From Megasphaera sp. (GTDB lineage: Bacteria; Bacillota; Negativicutes; Veillonellales; Megasphaeraceae), in assembly GCA_050874545.1 (NCBI GenBank), contig JBNMKW010000004.1:3184-67183 (forward strand): 64,000 nt of DNA, given 5' to 3'. Positions 18,443 to 28,827 of the stretch are shown here, piece by piece. Within the stretch, counting starts at the first letter, position 1. Each line of letters begins with the position of its first letter. Both the position numbers and the translations under genes were made by a program. The notes under the pieces are model-generated. The model was not told the DNA's origin. It worked only from the letters and a program-made list of their open reading frames with translations, and ran no database searches.

Positions 18443-18898
18443 TCATTCTTTCATCAACGAGACAATTAATTTAACTAGCTGCGGCACAGTTTCCGCATTA
18501 TTAGTAATCACCAGAATCGTATCGTCACCAGCAAGCGTACCAATTACGCTTTCCCATTTAGCATGATCCACAGCAGATGCGACCATGCTGGCAGACCCCG
18601 GCAGTGTATGAATCACAATCTGATTGAACGCTGCATCTACACGCACAATGGAGTCTTGAAACAGGCGGGCCATGCGGTTTTTGGACATCAGCATATTTTG
18701 TTCCGGTGAGAGTGCATAGCGGTAATGGCCGTCACTCGTCGGTACTTTAATAAGCATCAATTCCTTAATATCACGGGACACCGTAGCCTGCGTAACTTCA
18801 ATGCCTTCTTCCTGCAGTGCCTTAGCTAATTCTTCTTGTGTTTCAATGGGACGTGACTGAACAATTTCTTTGATTTTCGTATAACGAAATCTTTTCAT
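18443..18898 (-). CDS. argR: Arginine repressor
   Basis: IETQEEL, VTQATVSRDIKEL, GTLAGDDTI. Confidence 0.96.
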   Translation of the reverse strand: MKRFRYTKIKEIVQSRPIETQEELAKALQEEGIEVTQATVSRDIKELMLIKVPTSDGHYRYALSPEQNMLMSKNRMARLFQDSIVRVDAAFNQIVIHTLPGSASMVASAVDHAKWESVIGTLAGDDTILVITNNAETVPQLVKLIVSLMKE

Positions 18899-18904
18899 AG
18901 TATC

Positions 18905-19480
18905 TTACCCTCTTTTCTGTACAATATATAATCGTGGCGGACAATGAATTTGATTCACTGGCTGCCATAAAGAAACGTCAAACTCTTTTTGCGGTACCGT
19001 CTGCAGAAACTGCCGCAGCGCTAATTCTTCTTCGGCTCCTGCCGGAGTTCCCGGATATGCCGCTATCATAATTATCCCATTTTTCGCAATTTTATTCAAG
19101 CATATTTTCACAGCTTTTACAGTAATTTCTGTTTTTGTATGAATTGTATGGTCTCCAGAAGGTAAATAACCGAGATTAAACACAATAATATCAGGGTTGC
19201 CATCTACCTGTTCCAGCAAAACATCATGAGACCCTTGCCGGCAAATAATCTTTTTATTGGCTGCATGCTGTTCCTGCAGCAGGTTCTTCGTCGCTTCCAC
19301 AGCACATGCCTGAATGTCAAACGCGTACAATACCGCCGTATCCGGCATACAGGCTGCTAAAAAAGCCGTATCATGCCCATTGCCGCAAGTCATATCCACT
19401 AGCAGTTTTGCCTGAGAAGCATACGGCTGTAAAAACATGTGCGACATGGTCACGGCATTTTTAAACGGATATACCTTCAT
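18905..19480 (-). CDS. Putative SAM-dependent rRNA methylase (YtqB-like)
   Basis: VDMTCGNGHDT, FDIQ, FNLGYLPSGD. Confidence 0.8.
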   Translation of the reverse strand: MKVYPFKNAVTMSHMFLQPYASQAKLLVDMTCGNGHDTAFLAACMPDTAVLYAFDIQACAVEATKNLLQEQHAANKKIICRQGSHDVLLEQVDGNPDIIVFNLGYLPSGDHTIHTKTEITVKAVKICLNKIAKNGIIMIAAYPGTPAGAEEELALRQFLQTVPQKEFDVSLWQPVNQIHCPPRLYIVQKRG

Positions 19481-19481
19481 A

Positions 19482-20363
19482 TTAATCCTTCCCCATTAAC
19501 TTCGTAAACAGATTCGTGTAAAAATAATTTTGGTTAAAGCGAATAATCTTTAATACATCATCCGCCTTGCGGATATGCAGCGTCATCGACCGCAGCAATT
19601 CCTGATCCATCATCCCGTCTACAGATACGCGGACGCCATTGCGGCTGTTCCCGATACTAAAGCTGATTTGGTCTGTATCACTGAGTACCAGCGGTACTTT
19701 CAGCAATAAATGCGGACATACCGGCGTAACCATAATACATTTTACCTTAGGAGAGACAATCGGCCCGCCGCTGGAAAACGTGTATCCCGTACTGCCCGTC
19801 GCAGTCGAAACAATAATGCCGTCGCCGGGATACTGTTGAATGAAATGTCCGTTAATACTCATATCAACGCGGATTAATTTGCCTACATTTCCGTGGGCAA
19901 TGACAATATCATTTAAAGCCGGCGGCAGCGATTGTACAATACCGTCTTCATCATAAATGACGCCTTGGAGCATCATTCGTTCTTCTGTAAAATAATGCCC
20001 CTGCATAATATCCAAAATGCGTTTTTCCAGTGTTTCCGTTTCTACTTCATAGAGAAATCCCAAGGAACCTAAATTCACACCGCAAATAGGAATACCTGTT
20101 TCAGCAAACTGTTTCGCCATTTTCAAAATCGTGCCGTCGCCGCCAAGTACTATCGCTACATCAATCGAACGATACATGGTCATATGGGGACGCAAATGTT
20201 CAGCACTAATATGCTGGTACAGTGACTGACAGCTTTCGCTGACATAGGCAGGCAAATAATATGCAATATGATGTTTTTGACAAATTTCAATGAGCTGCCG
20301 GACAATACCGGCACATTCCCGTTTGACTAAATTAGGAAAGATTCCGACTCGCATACGATTCAC
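19482..20363 (-). CDS. nadK: NAD kinase
   Basis: LGGDGTIL, GVNLGSLGFL, DGIIVSTATGSTGY. Confidence 0.93.
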   Translation of the reverse strand: MNRMRVGIFPNLVKRECAGIVRQLIEICQKHHIAYYLPAYVSESCQSLYQHISAEHLRPHMTMYRSIDVAIVLGGDGTILKMAKQFAETGIPICGVNLGSLGFLYEVETETLEKRILDIMQGHYFTEERMMLQGVIYDEDGIVQSLPPALNDIVIAHGNVGKLIRVDMSINGHFIQQYPGDGIIVSTATGSTGYTFSSGGPIVSPKVKCIMVTPVCPHLLLKVPLVLSDTDQISFSIGNSRNGVRVSVDGMMDQELLRSMTLHIRKADDVLKIIRFNQNYFYTNLFTKLMGKD

Positions 20364-21167
20364 CTACATTTCATGAGAACGGCTGACAACATCATCTACG
20401 ATATCATCTGTAATATCATTATGGCAGGACGTATCTTTTTTACTGTACAGCAAATATTCAATATTGCCGTCTGCTCCTTTGATAGGAGAAAACGTCAGCC
20501 CTACAGGCGATAAGCCGCAAGCTGCAATTCCGTCTGTCACATGCCGTATAACATCACGATGCACCGTAATATCGCGTACAATGCCGCCCTTTCCCACATG
20601 TTCACGTCCTGCTTCAAACTGCGGCTTAATCAGCGTAACCATAGTACCGTTTTCTTTCAAAAGCGGGGCTACAGCTGGCATAATTTTCAATAACGAAATA
20701 AATGATACATCAATAGAAATAAAATCAACAGGTTCTCCAATATCTGCTACCGTAACGTTGCGGATATTCGTCCGTTCCATGTTGACCACTCTTTCATCAG
20801 TACGCAGTTTCCATGCCAGCTGTCCATAGCCAACATCCACGGCAAATACCTTCACTGCGCCGTTTTGCAGCGCACAATCCGTAAAACCGCCTGTTGAAGC
20901 ACCAATATCCATCATGGTTTTGTTTGTCAAATCAATGGGAAACGTTTCCATTGCTTTTTCCAGTTTCAAACCACCGCGGCCTACATACGGAATCGGATTG
21001 CCCTTGACGGTAATTTCCACATCTAAAGGCAGTTTCGTACCTGCTTTATCGACACGTTGATTTTTAACAAATACCAGTCCAGCCATAATCGTAGCTTTGG
21101 CCTTTTCTCGGCTTTCTGATAAGCCACGATTAACTAATAATACATCCAGTCTTTCTTTTTGCTGCAT
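20364..21167 (-). CDS. tlyA: TlyA-family rRNA (cytidine-2'-O)-methyltransferase
   Basis: S4-like KERLDVLLV, YVGRGGLKL, DIGASTGGFTD, DVSFISL, LIKPQFEAG, GNIEYL. Confidence 0.95.
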   Translation of the reverse strand: MQQKERLDVLLVNRGLSESREKAKATIMAGLVFVKNQRVDKAGTKLPLDVEITVKGNPIPYVGRGGLKLEKAMETFPIDLTNKTMMDIGASTGGFTDCALQNGAVKVFAVDVGYGQLAWKLRTDERVVNMERTNIRNVTVADIGEPVDFISIDVSFISLLKIMPAVAPLLKENGTMVTLIKPQFEAGREHVGKGGIVRDITVHRDVIRHVTDGIAACGLSPVGLTFSPIKGADGNIEYLLYSKKDTSCHNDITDDIVDDVVSRSHEM

Positions 21168-21179
21168 TTCTTACTCCCC

Positions 21180-22064
21180 TCATTTTGTCCGAACCAGCAT
21201 ATAGGAAACCAAGTCCCGTAAAAACCATGCTTGTTCTCCCAACGGCGCAATCGCATCTATTGCCTTTTGAGCTGCTTCTTTCGCCATGTTTTGGGCTGCT
21301 TCTAATGAAAAAATAGTTACATACGTCGCTTTATCATTTTTTTCATCACTGCCGACGGGTTTGCCAATAACGGCCTCATCACCGACAACATCCAATATAT
21401 CATCTGTAATTTGAAAAGTCAGTCCCATGTTGACAGCATAGGCATCCAGCATCTGTTTTTCCTTTTCATCGGCATCGCCCAACAGTGCGGCTAAATCAAT
21501 AGCTGCTTTAAAAATCACGCCTGTTTTAGCCTGATGAAGCAATTCCAGTCCTTCCCGGCCAATGTGAAGATTCCCTTCCGATTCTAGATCAAATGCCTGT
21601 CCGCCAACCATACCAGCCGGTCCGGCTGCATGTGCAAAAATAGCAATACACTGTGCTAATTTTTCAGGAGCAATCTGCCGCTGTCCGGCCATTAATTCAA
21701 AAGCATACGTCAACAGCCCATCACCTGCCAAAATAGCAGTTCCTTCTCCAAAGATTACATGATTGGTTGGTTTTCCCCGCCGCAGGTCATCATTATCCAT
21801 AGCAGGCAGGTCATCATGTATCAGCGAATAAGAATGGACACATTCCAAAGCGCATGCCAAATCCAAATAAGGCGTACTGTCTTTACCTAATGCTTCCAGC
21901 GTCGCCAACAGCAAAATCGGCCGAATCCGCTTGCCGCCAGCCATCAGACTGTAATTCATGGCTTTGTACAACGTAGAAAACTGCGGCACATCAGTTTGCA
22001 GCAGCGTACACAGCCGGTCATCAATCTGGCTTTTTTTCTCTCTCATATATTCTTTAAAATTCAT
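21180..22064 (-). CDS. ispA: Geranyl/farnesyl diphosphate synthase
   Basis: GGKRIRP, SLIHDDLPAMDNDDLRRGKPT, FQITDDILD. Confidence 0.93.
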   Translation of the reverse strand: MNFKEYMREKKSQIDDRLCTLLQTDVPQFSTLYKAMNYSLMAGGKRIRPILLLATLEALGKDSTPYLDLACALECVHSYSLIHDDLPAMDNDDLRRGKPTNHVIFGEGTAILAGDGLLTYAFELMAGQRQIAPEKLAQCIAIFAHAAGPAGMVGGQAFDLESEGNLHIGREGLELLHQAKTGVIFKAAIDLAALLGDADEKEKQMLDAYAVNMGLTFQITDDILDVVGDEAVIGKPVGSDEKNDKATYVTIFSLEAAQNMAKEAAQKAIDAIAPLGEQAWFLRDLVSYMLVRTK

Positions 22065-22318
22065 ATGTCCAGCTTTCCTTCCTCTGTCAGCGAAGATACT
22101 CCTTCCTCCGAGTCAGCATGAATATCCGCCAACGCTTGGGCTTTTTGTTTGGCATATTCTAAAGCACTATCACATGTTTCTGATAATTTTACAGCCTTTT
22201 CATATAAATCCAACGATTCTTTCAACGTCAAATCCGGTGCTTCCAATGCAGCTACTACGGCAGCCAGTTTATCATAATTGGCTTCAAAATTTTTTAGTTT
22301 ATCTGTTGCTCTTGCCAT
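22061..22318 (-). CDS. xseB: Exodeoxyribonuclease VII small subunit
   Basis: FEANYDKLAAVVAALE...LKESLDLYEKA pattern; lies between xseA and ispA. Confidence 0.85.
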   Translation of the reverse strand: MARATDKLKNFEANYDKLAAVVAALEAPDLTLKESLDLYEKAVKLSETCDSALEYAKQKAQALADIHADSEEGVSSLTEEGKLDI

Positions 22319-23510
22319 ATATATCAACCTCTTTTACATCCGTTTTTACGCGTCCGTCCACTAATTGAATATATAATGCCTCATCTGTTTTGATTTGGGC
22401 AATCTGCGTGACAATCCGGCCGGACTGCTCCAATTGTCCATAACCGCGCTGCACCAGCATGCTAGGATTCATGGCTTTCAAAGAAGCCTGCGTTTTTTGC
22501 AGCTTTCCTTCTTTTTTAGCTGCAGCCAAATTAAAATTCTGTACAGCAGCATTTCTCAACTGGTTCACTTGACCTTGCTTGAGTGATAAAAACGCCGCAT
22601 ATCGCTGCGGTTGAATGCGGGCTTTTATCATGGCCATATCTTTTCTGCACCTATCAAACTGTGCTTCCAGTAATTCATAAGCCCGCTGGCTGTATGCTGC
22701 TATATCCATTTCTATATCCTGGATAGAAGGAAAGGCAAGTTCCGCTGCATGCGTCGGCGTGGCTGCCCGTACATCAGCAGCATAATCTGCCAGCGTCGTA
22801 TCCGTTTCATGTCCAATAGCAGAAATAATAGGAATGGAAGATTGATAAATCGCTTGGACTACCTGCGGATCATTAAAACACCATAAATCTTCTAATGAAC
22901 CACCGCCGCGAGCTAAAATAAGTACATTCAATTTCGTGTTTTTATCTGCCTTTTCAATCGCTGCCGCTATTTTAGGCGCAGCCCCTGTTCCCTGCACCGG
23001 AATCGGATACAGCTGGATGCGTATGTATGGATTTCGTTCCGCCGCAATCTTATAAATATCGTGAAGAACAGCTCCTGTTTGCGATGTCAGCACGCCGACA
23101 TGCCAAGGAAAGCGAGGAATATCCTGTTTATGTGCCGGAGAAAAAAATCCCTGCTCTTCTAATTCACGCTTGATTTTTTCATATTGTGCCTGCAGCACAC
23201 CCATCCCCTGCGAAAAAAGACGTTCAATAAGGAAAGAAACCGTGCCGCCTTTTTCGTAAACATTAACAGCACCTATGACGACAACATGATCTCCGTCCTG
23301 CACATGCTCCATGGAGCGCCCTGCCCGATTGCGGAACAGTATCGCGCGTATGGAACAGCTGTTATCACACAGCGTCATATAATAATGGCCGTTGGAAGCT
23401 CGTTTCAGCCCCATGATATTGCCTTCCATCGCAATACGTTGCAGTCGGTAGTCTTTTTCTATATCTGTTTTGATGCGTCGCACTACGTCTGTAACAGAAG
23501 CGTACTTCAT
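22299..23510 (-). CDS. xseA: Exodeoxyribonuclease VII large subunit
   Basis: GHYYMTL, GVLTSQTGAVLHD, ARGGGSLEDLWCFN, SAIGHETD, AATPTHAAE. Confidence 0.95.
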   Translation of the reverse strand: MKYASVTDVVRRIKTDIEKDYRLQRIAMEGNIMGLKRASNGHYYMTLCDNSCSIRAILFRNRAGRSMEHVQDGDHVVVIGAVNVYEKGGTVSFLIERLFSQGMGVLQAQYEKIKRELEEQGFFSPAHKQDIPRFPWHVGVLTSQTGAVLHDIYKIAAERNPYIRIQLYPIPVQGTGAAPKIAAAIEKADKNTKLNVLILARGGGSLEDLWCFNDPQVVQAIYQSSIPIISAIGHETDTTLADYAADVRAATPTHAAELAFPSIQDIEMDIAAYSQRAYELLEAQFDRCRKDMAMIKARIQPQRYAAFLSLKQGQVNQLRNAAVQNFNLAAAKKEGKLQKTQASLKAMNPSMLVQRGYGQLEQSGRIVTQIAQIKTDEALYIQLVDGRVKTDVKEVDIYGKSNR

Positions 23511-24458
23511 TTATTCTTTTCCTTCCTGCCAGGCAGCCCAAAAAGCCGCACCGGAACTATTATCCGCACTATATCCATCAGGTGCTAGATGGAGCTGGAT
23601 ATTTTTTTTTGCACAGTATTGTTTCAGCTGCTGCCGTAAATACCGGTTGGACATCACGCCGCCGGCAGCTACCAGCTGGCTTCCTGCGGAAATTTTCTGG
23701 TCCATCATACGGCGAAGCCCATCCCAAACCGTAGCCAGCGTCCACTGGCAAAGAACCGGTATATCTACATCTCCTTTAGCAATACGGCGCTGTGCCTGGG
23801 ATTCCGGCCCGGAATAGCTGATTGTCCCCTGCTGGCACCAAACATGTCCTGCTTTGACAGGAACCGCGACATCCTGAGACATTTTATCTACATATATTCC
23901 TGCTGGAAACGGAAATCCTAACGCAACGCCAATTCTATCAATAAATTGACCGGCACTAATATCATTCGTCCCGCCTATACATGTAATTTCCAGTCCTCGG
24001 GCATCCGGCACGGCTTGAAGCATATCCGTCGTACCGCCGGATAAATGCAGTCCATAAAACTCATGTTCCGGCACACTGCCAATATCACGCAAAACAGCCA
24101 GCAAATGATTTTCCTGATGACTAATCGCATGCAGCGGTACATGCAGAACCGCTGCCAAAGAACGGCCATAGCCAAGACCCGCTAAAAAAGCCGGCATATA
24201 CGAGTCTTCCCGTCGGCGCGGCTTATCCGTTACACCAATGGCACAAATGCGGGCATTGGCTAAATACGGCACCAATCGTTCAAACAAAACAGGAAGATTG
24301 CGCATATGCTGATACACCATATTCGACTGTGACAATCCCCGACTGCCTTGCTTAACCGATAAAATAATTCGTTCGTCTGCCACGACATGATACGAAGAGT
24401 CAACAAGGCACACTGATGTCGTATAGCAGCTCGTATCAATTCCTAAAAATAGGTTCAT
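23511..24458 (-). CDS. TsaD/Kae1-family (peptidase M22-like) protein, probable paralogue
   Basis: LGIDTSCYTTS, SHQENH (HxxxH), LSGGTT, DISAGQFIDR, AGGVMSN, ADNS. Confidence 0.8.
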   Translation of the reverse strand: MNLFLGIDTSCYTTSVCLVDSSYHVVADERIILSVKQGSRGLSQSNMVYQHMRNLPVLFERLVPYLANARICAIGVTDKPRRREDSYMPAFLAGLGYGRSLAAVLHVPLHAISHQENHLLAVLRDIGSVPEHEFYGLHLSGGTTDMLQAVPDARGLEITCIGGTNDISAGQFIDRIGVALGFPFPAGIYVDKMSQDVAVPVKAGHVWCQQGTISYSGPESQAQRRIAKGDVDIPVLCQWTLATVWDGLRRMMDQKISAGSQLVAAGGVMSNRYLRQQLKQYCAKKNIQLHLAPDGYSADNSSGAAFWAAWQEGKE

Positions 24459-24898
24459 TACGACCGCGACCTTACATAGGCACCCAGCACGCCATTAATA
24501 AAGCGAGCTGATGTTTCACCACTGTATTCTTTCGCCAATACAATCGCTTCGTTTAAAACAATCGATGGCGCCATTTCTTCTTGAGGATATACCAATTCAC
24601 ACAATGCCAATCTCATAATATTTTTGTCTGTGTTATTTAATCGGTCTATGTCCCATCCCTTGGCATAGGTCTGAATAATCGCATCCAATTCTTCTTTGTG
24701 TGCTGTTACAGTCTGTAAAATATATTCACCATATGCCGTGTCATTGGCCGTTGTTTTTGTTGTTTCTTTTAAGTCTTCTGCTGTTACCGTGTCTTTTTCA
24801 AAAATTTCTTTTTCACTGTACTGGATGTCATTTTCGTTGTGAAATTCACGAGAAAATAAACATTCCAATGCCATTTGGCGTGCTTTATGTCTGCTCAC
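24458..24898 (-). CDS. nusB: Transcription antitermination factor NusB
   Basis: SRHKARQMALECLF, DKNIMRLA, LNEAIVLAKEY, FINGVLG. Confidence 0.93.
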   Translation of the reverse strand: MSRHKARQMALECLFSREFHNENDIQYSEKEIFEKDTVTAEDLKETTKTTANDTAYGEYILQTVTAHKEELDAIIQTYAKGWDIDRLNNTDKNIMRLALCELVYPQEEMAPSIVLNEAIVLAKEYSGETSARFINGVLGAYVRSRS

Positions 24899-24899
24899 G

Positions 24900-25226
24900 C
24901 TAACCTCCTATAGTACCCTGTTCACAATTCGGCTTGATTCGTAAATCTTCAATCGTTACATGTACAGAAAGTTCTTTAGGCTCTGCCATGATACGAACCG
25001 CCTGCGCCACCTGCTGCTGTACTGTCAATGCCAGTGTACGCAGCGGTATGCCGTAATATGCCTGTATGTGAATATCAACTGTAATACTGCCGTTATGATT
25101 TTTAACGAGTATCCCTCGTCCTTTTTTGCCAGCTACTCCGTCTACATGTAAAGCAGCAGTTTCGGCAATTTGGACCAACGCACCCTCACTGACCATATAC
25201 GCAAACGGCTCCGTTTCGCTAGTCAT
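24900..25226 (-). CDS. Asp23/Gls24 family protein
   Basis: VDIHIQAYYG, VQQQVAQAV, VHVTIEDL; start moved to ATG 25226. Confidence 0.75.
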   Translation of the reverse strand: MTSETEPFAYMVSEGALVQIAETAALHVDGVAGKKGRGILVKNHNGSITVDIHIQAYYGIPLRTLALTVQQQVAQAVRIMAEPKELSVHVTIEDLRIKPNCEQGTIGG

Positions 25227-25599
25227 GACTGATCCTTTCTGCATTATTTTCTGGAAAAACGATGTCCTGCACAACAATATGAACCGCATGCACACGGCAC
25301 CCTGTCATTTCTTCTACCGCATCTTTTACTTTTTTCTGCACAGCCAGCGCCATATCCGGAATCCGGCAGTTGTACCATACCAAAAGCCGGACGGTAATGT
25401 CTGCATATATTCCGTCAAGGGTCGTATCCACGCCCTGGGCTGGATTTATCCTGCCGATTTTTCGGGCTGCTGTTTCTGCAATCGTAGCATCCAAAGCAGC
25501 AACTTCGGGTATAGAAGCTGCTGCCTGCGAAGCAATACTAGAAATAACGCGCTGTGTCATGTGTATGCTGCCTAATAGATTGGTTTCCGTCGTTTCCAT
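25219..25599 (-). CDS. Asp23/Gls24 family protein
   Basis: VISSIASQAA, VQKKVKDAVEEMTG, VHIVVQDI. Confidence 0.85.
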   Translation of the reverse strand: METTETNLLGSIHMTQRVISSIASQAAASIPEVAALDATIAETAARKIGRINPAQGVDTTLDGIYADITVRLLVWYNCRIPDMALAVQKKVKDAVEEMTGCRVHAVHIVVQDIVFPENNAERISHD

Positions 25600-25625
25600 G
25601 TCGATTCACCATTCATAAAATTCAC

Positions 25626-25654
25626 AAAAAGCGATGAGAAACTCATCGCTTTTA
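25626..25654 (-). terminator. Terminator after efp
   Basis: AAAAAGCGATGAG-AAA-CTCATCGCTTTT. Confidence 0.8.
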
Positions 25655-25671
25655 AAGTAATTTTTGTATGC

Positions 25672-26229
25672 TTATGCTCTGCCTGTATATTGACCTGTTC
25701 TCGTATCAATCTGGATAACTTCGTCCTGGTTGATGAAGAGAGGTACTTTAACTACATAGCCAGTTTCCAATTTAGCTGGTTTCGTAGCGCCTGTTGCTGT
25801 ATCACCGCGAACACCCGGTTCTGTTTCTACTACTTTCAATTCTACAGAAGCAGGAAGGTCAATACCGATGACTTTGCCTTTAAACATCATAACGGATACG
25901 GTCATATCTTCTTTCAAGAAGTTAACAGCTGTACCTAATGTATCTTTGTTCAATTCAATCTGTTCGTATGTTTCGTTATCCATGAAACAGTACATACCTT
26001 CATTTTCATAAAGGTACTGCATCTGACGGCGGTCTACATGACCATCCTGTACTTTTTCACCAGCATTCCAGGTACGTTCTACAACAGCACCCGTTTCGAG
26101 GTTTTTAATCTTAGCGCGAACAAATGCTGCCCCTTTACCAGGTTTTACATGCTGGAATTCAACTACCTGCCATACCTGGCCATCGATTTCGATGGTTACG
26201 CCTGGTCTAAAATCATTACTTGTAATCAT
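25672..26229 (-). CDS. efp: Elongation factor P
   Basis: [33 protein letters not shown]. Confidence 0.97.
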   Translation of the reverse strand: MITSNDFRPGVTIEIDGQVWQVVEFQHVKPGKGAAFVRAKIKNLETGAVVERTWNAGEKVQDGHVDRRQMQYLYENEGMYCFMDNETYEQIELNKDTLGTAVNFLKEDMTVSVMMFKGKVIGIDLPASVELKVVETEPGVRGDTATGATKPAKLETGYVVKVPLFINQDEVIQIDTRTGQYTGRA

Positions 26230-26241
26230 TTCTAATTCCTC

Positions 26242-27321
26242 CTATAACAGCTCCATCAATTCTTTTGATGTTTTGGTTAGTATTTCACAGCCAGTAGCTG
26301 TAACGGCAACGGAATCCTCTATACGGACACCGTATTTGCCTTCTATGTACAGTCCCGGTTCTACCGTGACTATCATATTTTTCTTCAGCACGCCTTGTGA
26401 ACGCGGTGAAAGAACAGGTTGTTCATGAATTTCAAGACCTGTCCCATGTCCCAATGCATGCGTAAAATATTGTGCCATGCCATGGTTGGCAAAATGCTGG
26501 CGGACAGCATCATCCGCTTCTTGGCAGGATATGCCTTCCTTGATTATCGATACGCCCAATTTCTGTCCTTCTAAGACAAGCGCATAGAAATCCTTTTGGG
26601 CCTGCGTCGCTTTACCCACGACAACAGTACGCGTCATATCAGAATGATAGCCATTCCAAACAGCTCCAAAATCAAAGGTCAGAAAATCACCTTTTTCTAC
26701 GACTTTGGTGCTAGCCGTGCCGTGCGGCATTGCAGACCGTTTGCCAGAAGCTGCAATCGTCGTAAACGATTTTTCTTCTGACCCCAAAAGCAGCATGCTG
26801 CTTTCCAAACGGGCCGCCAGTTCTTTTTCTGTAACACCCGGCTTGATGTACGGCAGCAGGTCGGCAAAAGCCTGATCGGCAATTTGACTTGCTTTGCGCG
26901 TAGCTTCCAGTTCATACGGTTCTTTGACAGCTCGCAGCTGCGTCAAATCTTCTGCCTGGAAATAACATTCACAGTCTGTGGCGATATTTTCATACATGTA
27001 ATGCGTCAAAAAGTTTTCTTCATACACCGCTACCTGTATGCCCATTTCTTCCAGTGACTGTCCTATACAGCCTGTAAGGCTGCCCATATGATTTTTCACT
27101 TCATACCAGGTTCCGGACTGCTGAACGGCTTGTTCCGTATAGCGGGAATCTGTCCATAAAACAGCTTGGTTTTCACTAAGCACCAAAGCGCCTTCGCCGC
27201 CTGTAAATCCACTGAAATACCGTAAATTTTCAGGCTGAACAATGACAACGCCGTCTGCTGTATGTTCGTGTAAAAACTGCCGCAGGCGGGCAATTCTTTC
27301 TTCTATCATACTATCACCCAT
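26242..27321 (-). CDS. Xaa-Pro aminopeptidase (M24B)
   Basis: WTDSRY, DFGA...YHSDMTRT, HALGHGTGLEIHE, TVEPGLY, GVRIED. Confidence 0.92.
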   Translation of the reverse strand: MGDSMIEERIARLRQFLHEHTADGVVIVQPENLRYFSGFTGGEGALVLSENQAVLWTDSRYTEQAVQQSGTWYEVKNHMGSLTGCIGQSLEEMGIQVAVYEENFLTHYMYENIATDCECYFQAEDLTQLRAVKEPYELEATRKASQIADQAFADLLPYIKPGVTEKELAARLESSMLLLGSEEKSFTTIAASGKRSAMPHGTASTKVVEKGDFLTFDFGAVWNGYHSDMTRTVVVGKATQAQKDFYALVLEGQKLGVSIIKEGISCQEADDAVRQHFANHGMAQYFTHALGHGTGLEIHEQPVLSPRSQGVLKKNMIVTVEPGLYIEGKYGVRIEDSVAVTATGCEILTKTSKELMELL

Positions 27322-27385
27322 ATTTATTCAATTATCTTTAATGATACCATACAACCGTCATTATTACAAACACTTTACGTTGTGA

Positions 27386-28102
27386 TTATTCGCAAAATGG
27401 CAAATCTTTCTCTTCCGGTGTGAGTCTGCGGTACTGTCCCGGCTGCAGTGCGCTATCCAGCACCAACGCGCCAATAGAACGACGGTGCAGTGCCGTTACA
27501 GTAAGGCCAACTGCCGCGCACATCCGCTTCACTTGATGAAATTTTCCTTCCTGTACCGTAATATCCAGTGTCTTTTCGCTGGTAGCAGCAGCATGCGCCG
27601 GCAAACATTGCATACCATCTGCCAGGACAATCCCTTTTTGAAACCGTGCTTCTATATCTGCCGGAATACAGCCGTCCACAACAGCCTCATATACTTTATC
27701 TATGTGCTTTTTAGGTGACGTAATACGATGGGCCCATGTGCCGTCATTAGTCAAAAGCAGCAGTCCCGTCGTATCTTTATCCAGCCGCCCAACAGGAAAC
27801 ATATCCGCTCCCTGATAGGACTGCGGCAGCAAGTCCAACACCGTTTTGGCAAATCGGTCTTCTGTTGCCGATAATACGCCCTGCGGTTTATACAGCATAA
27901 GGTAATAAAACTCTTCATAGCATACGGTTTCTCCGTCTACTTGAACGGTATCCTGCTGCGGGTTTATTTTCGCTGCGCTGTCCCTGCAGCATTGTCCATT
28001 AACAGATACATGGCCGCCTTTGCACAATTCTTTAAGCTGCCGTCTTGTTCCCCAGCCGCAGTGCCCGAGCAGTTTGTCCAATCGCATTGGTTTTATCATC
28101 AT
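27386..28102 (-). CDS. RsuA-family pseudouridine synthase
   Basis: S4 domain MRLDKLL, VGRLDKDTTGLLLLTNDG, EGKFHQVKRM. Confidence 0.92.
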   Translation of the reverse strand: MMIKPMRLDKLLGHCGWGTRRQLKELCKGGHVSVNGQCCRDSAAKINPQQDTVQVDGETVCYEEFYYLMLYKPQGVLSATEDRFAKTVLDLLPQSYQGADMFPVGRLDKDTTGLLLLTNDGTWAHRITSPKKHIDKVYEAVVDGCIPADIEARFQKGIVLADGMQCLPAHAAATSEKTLDITVQEGKFHQVKRMCAAVGLTVTALHRRSIGALVLDSALQPGQYRRLTPEEKDLPFCE

Positions 28103-28108
28103 ATCACC

Positions 28109-28759
28109 TCATAAACTCGGCATATCCCACTGTGCTTGATAGCCAGCCATTCCCTGCAAGTGCTGTGTACAATTCATCAGCGTCATGACATTTTTTTCGC
28201 CATAATAGTCAATAATATTAAATGCTGTATTATATTGCTGGAAACACCAAATCCGCTTCAAATCCAATCCCAGTAAACCAAAGAGAAGGCACCGGATGGA
28301 TGCACCGTGCGATGCAATCAACACCGTATCTCCGTCTTTATGATGACTCAAAATTTCTTTGGTCTTAGCCGTAATCCGCTGTTCTACTTCTAAAAACGAT
28401 TCACCGCCATGAGCCGGCAATTTTCCGTCAGAATCATAAAACGCTTCAATTTCTCCCGGCCATTTTTCTGTAATTTCTTGATACGTATGTCCTTCCCAGA
28501 CACCAAAATTAATTTCCTGCAGTTCATCATAGGACTGTACATCCAGTCCGTGCGGCTTCGCTATAATCTCTGCAGTCATTTTAGCCCGTTGCAGCGTACT
28601 GCTGTATATGCCATCAAAATGAACGGACTGCAAAAATTGACTCAAGCATTTGGCCTGCGCAATTCCCCGTGCATTCAACGGCACATCTGTCGAACCCTGA
28701 TACCATTGCTGCACATTGCCGTCTGTTTCGCCATGCCGAACCAAATATAATTTTATCAT
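28109..28759 (-). CDS. cobC: Histidine phosphatase, probable alpha-ribazole phosphatase
   Basis: LVRHGET, SSTLQRA, EINFGVWEG, ASHG; directly downstream of cobU-cobS. Confidence 0.72.
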   Translation of the reverse strand: MIKLYLVRHGETDGNVQQWYQGSTDVPLNARGIAQAKCLSQFLQSVHFDGIYSSTLQRAKMTAEIIAKPHGLDVQSYDELQEINFGVWEGHTYQEITEKWPGEIEAFYDSDGKLPAHGGESFLEVEQRITAKTKEILSHHKDGDTVLIASHGASIRCLLFGLLGLDLKRIWCFQQYNTAFNIIDYYGEKNVMTLMNCTQHLQGMAGYQAQWDMPSL

Positions 28760-28827
28760 ACTAACTGTTCCTCCTATAGGACTATGTTGTTATCTATATG
28801 TTTGAGCTGCCCCAAGCTTATGTTTTA

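Noticed and set aside
21167-21180. No dxs between ispA and tlyA
   Set aside because: Simple rearrangement of a common cluster; cannot be judged from one window.
25672-26229. EF-P loop residue as a sign of unusual modification
   Set aside because: The loop is the standard PGKG lysine type; nothing unusual is visible.
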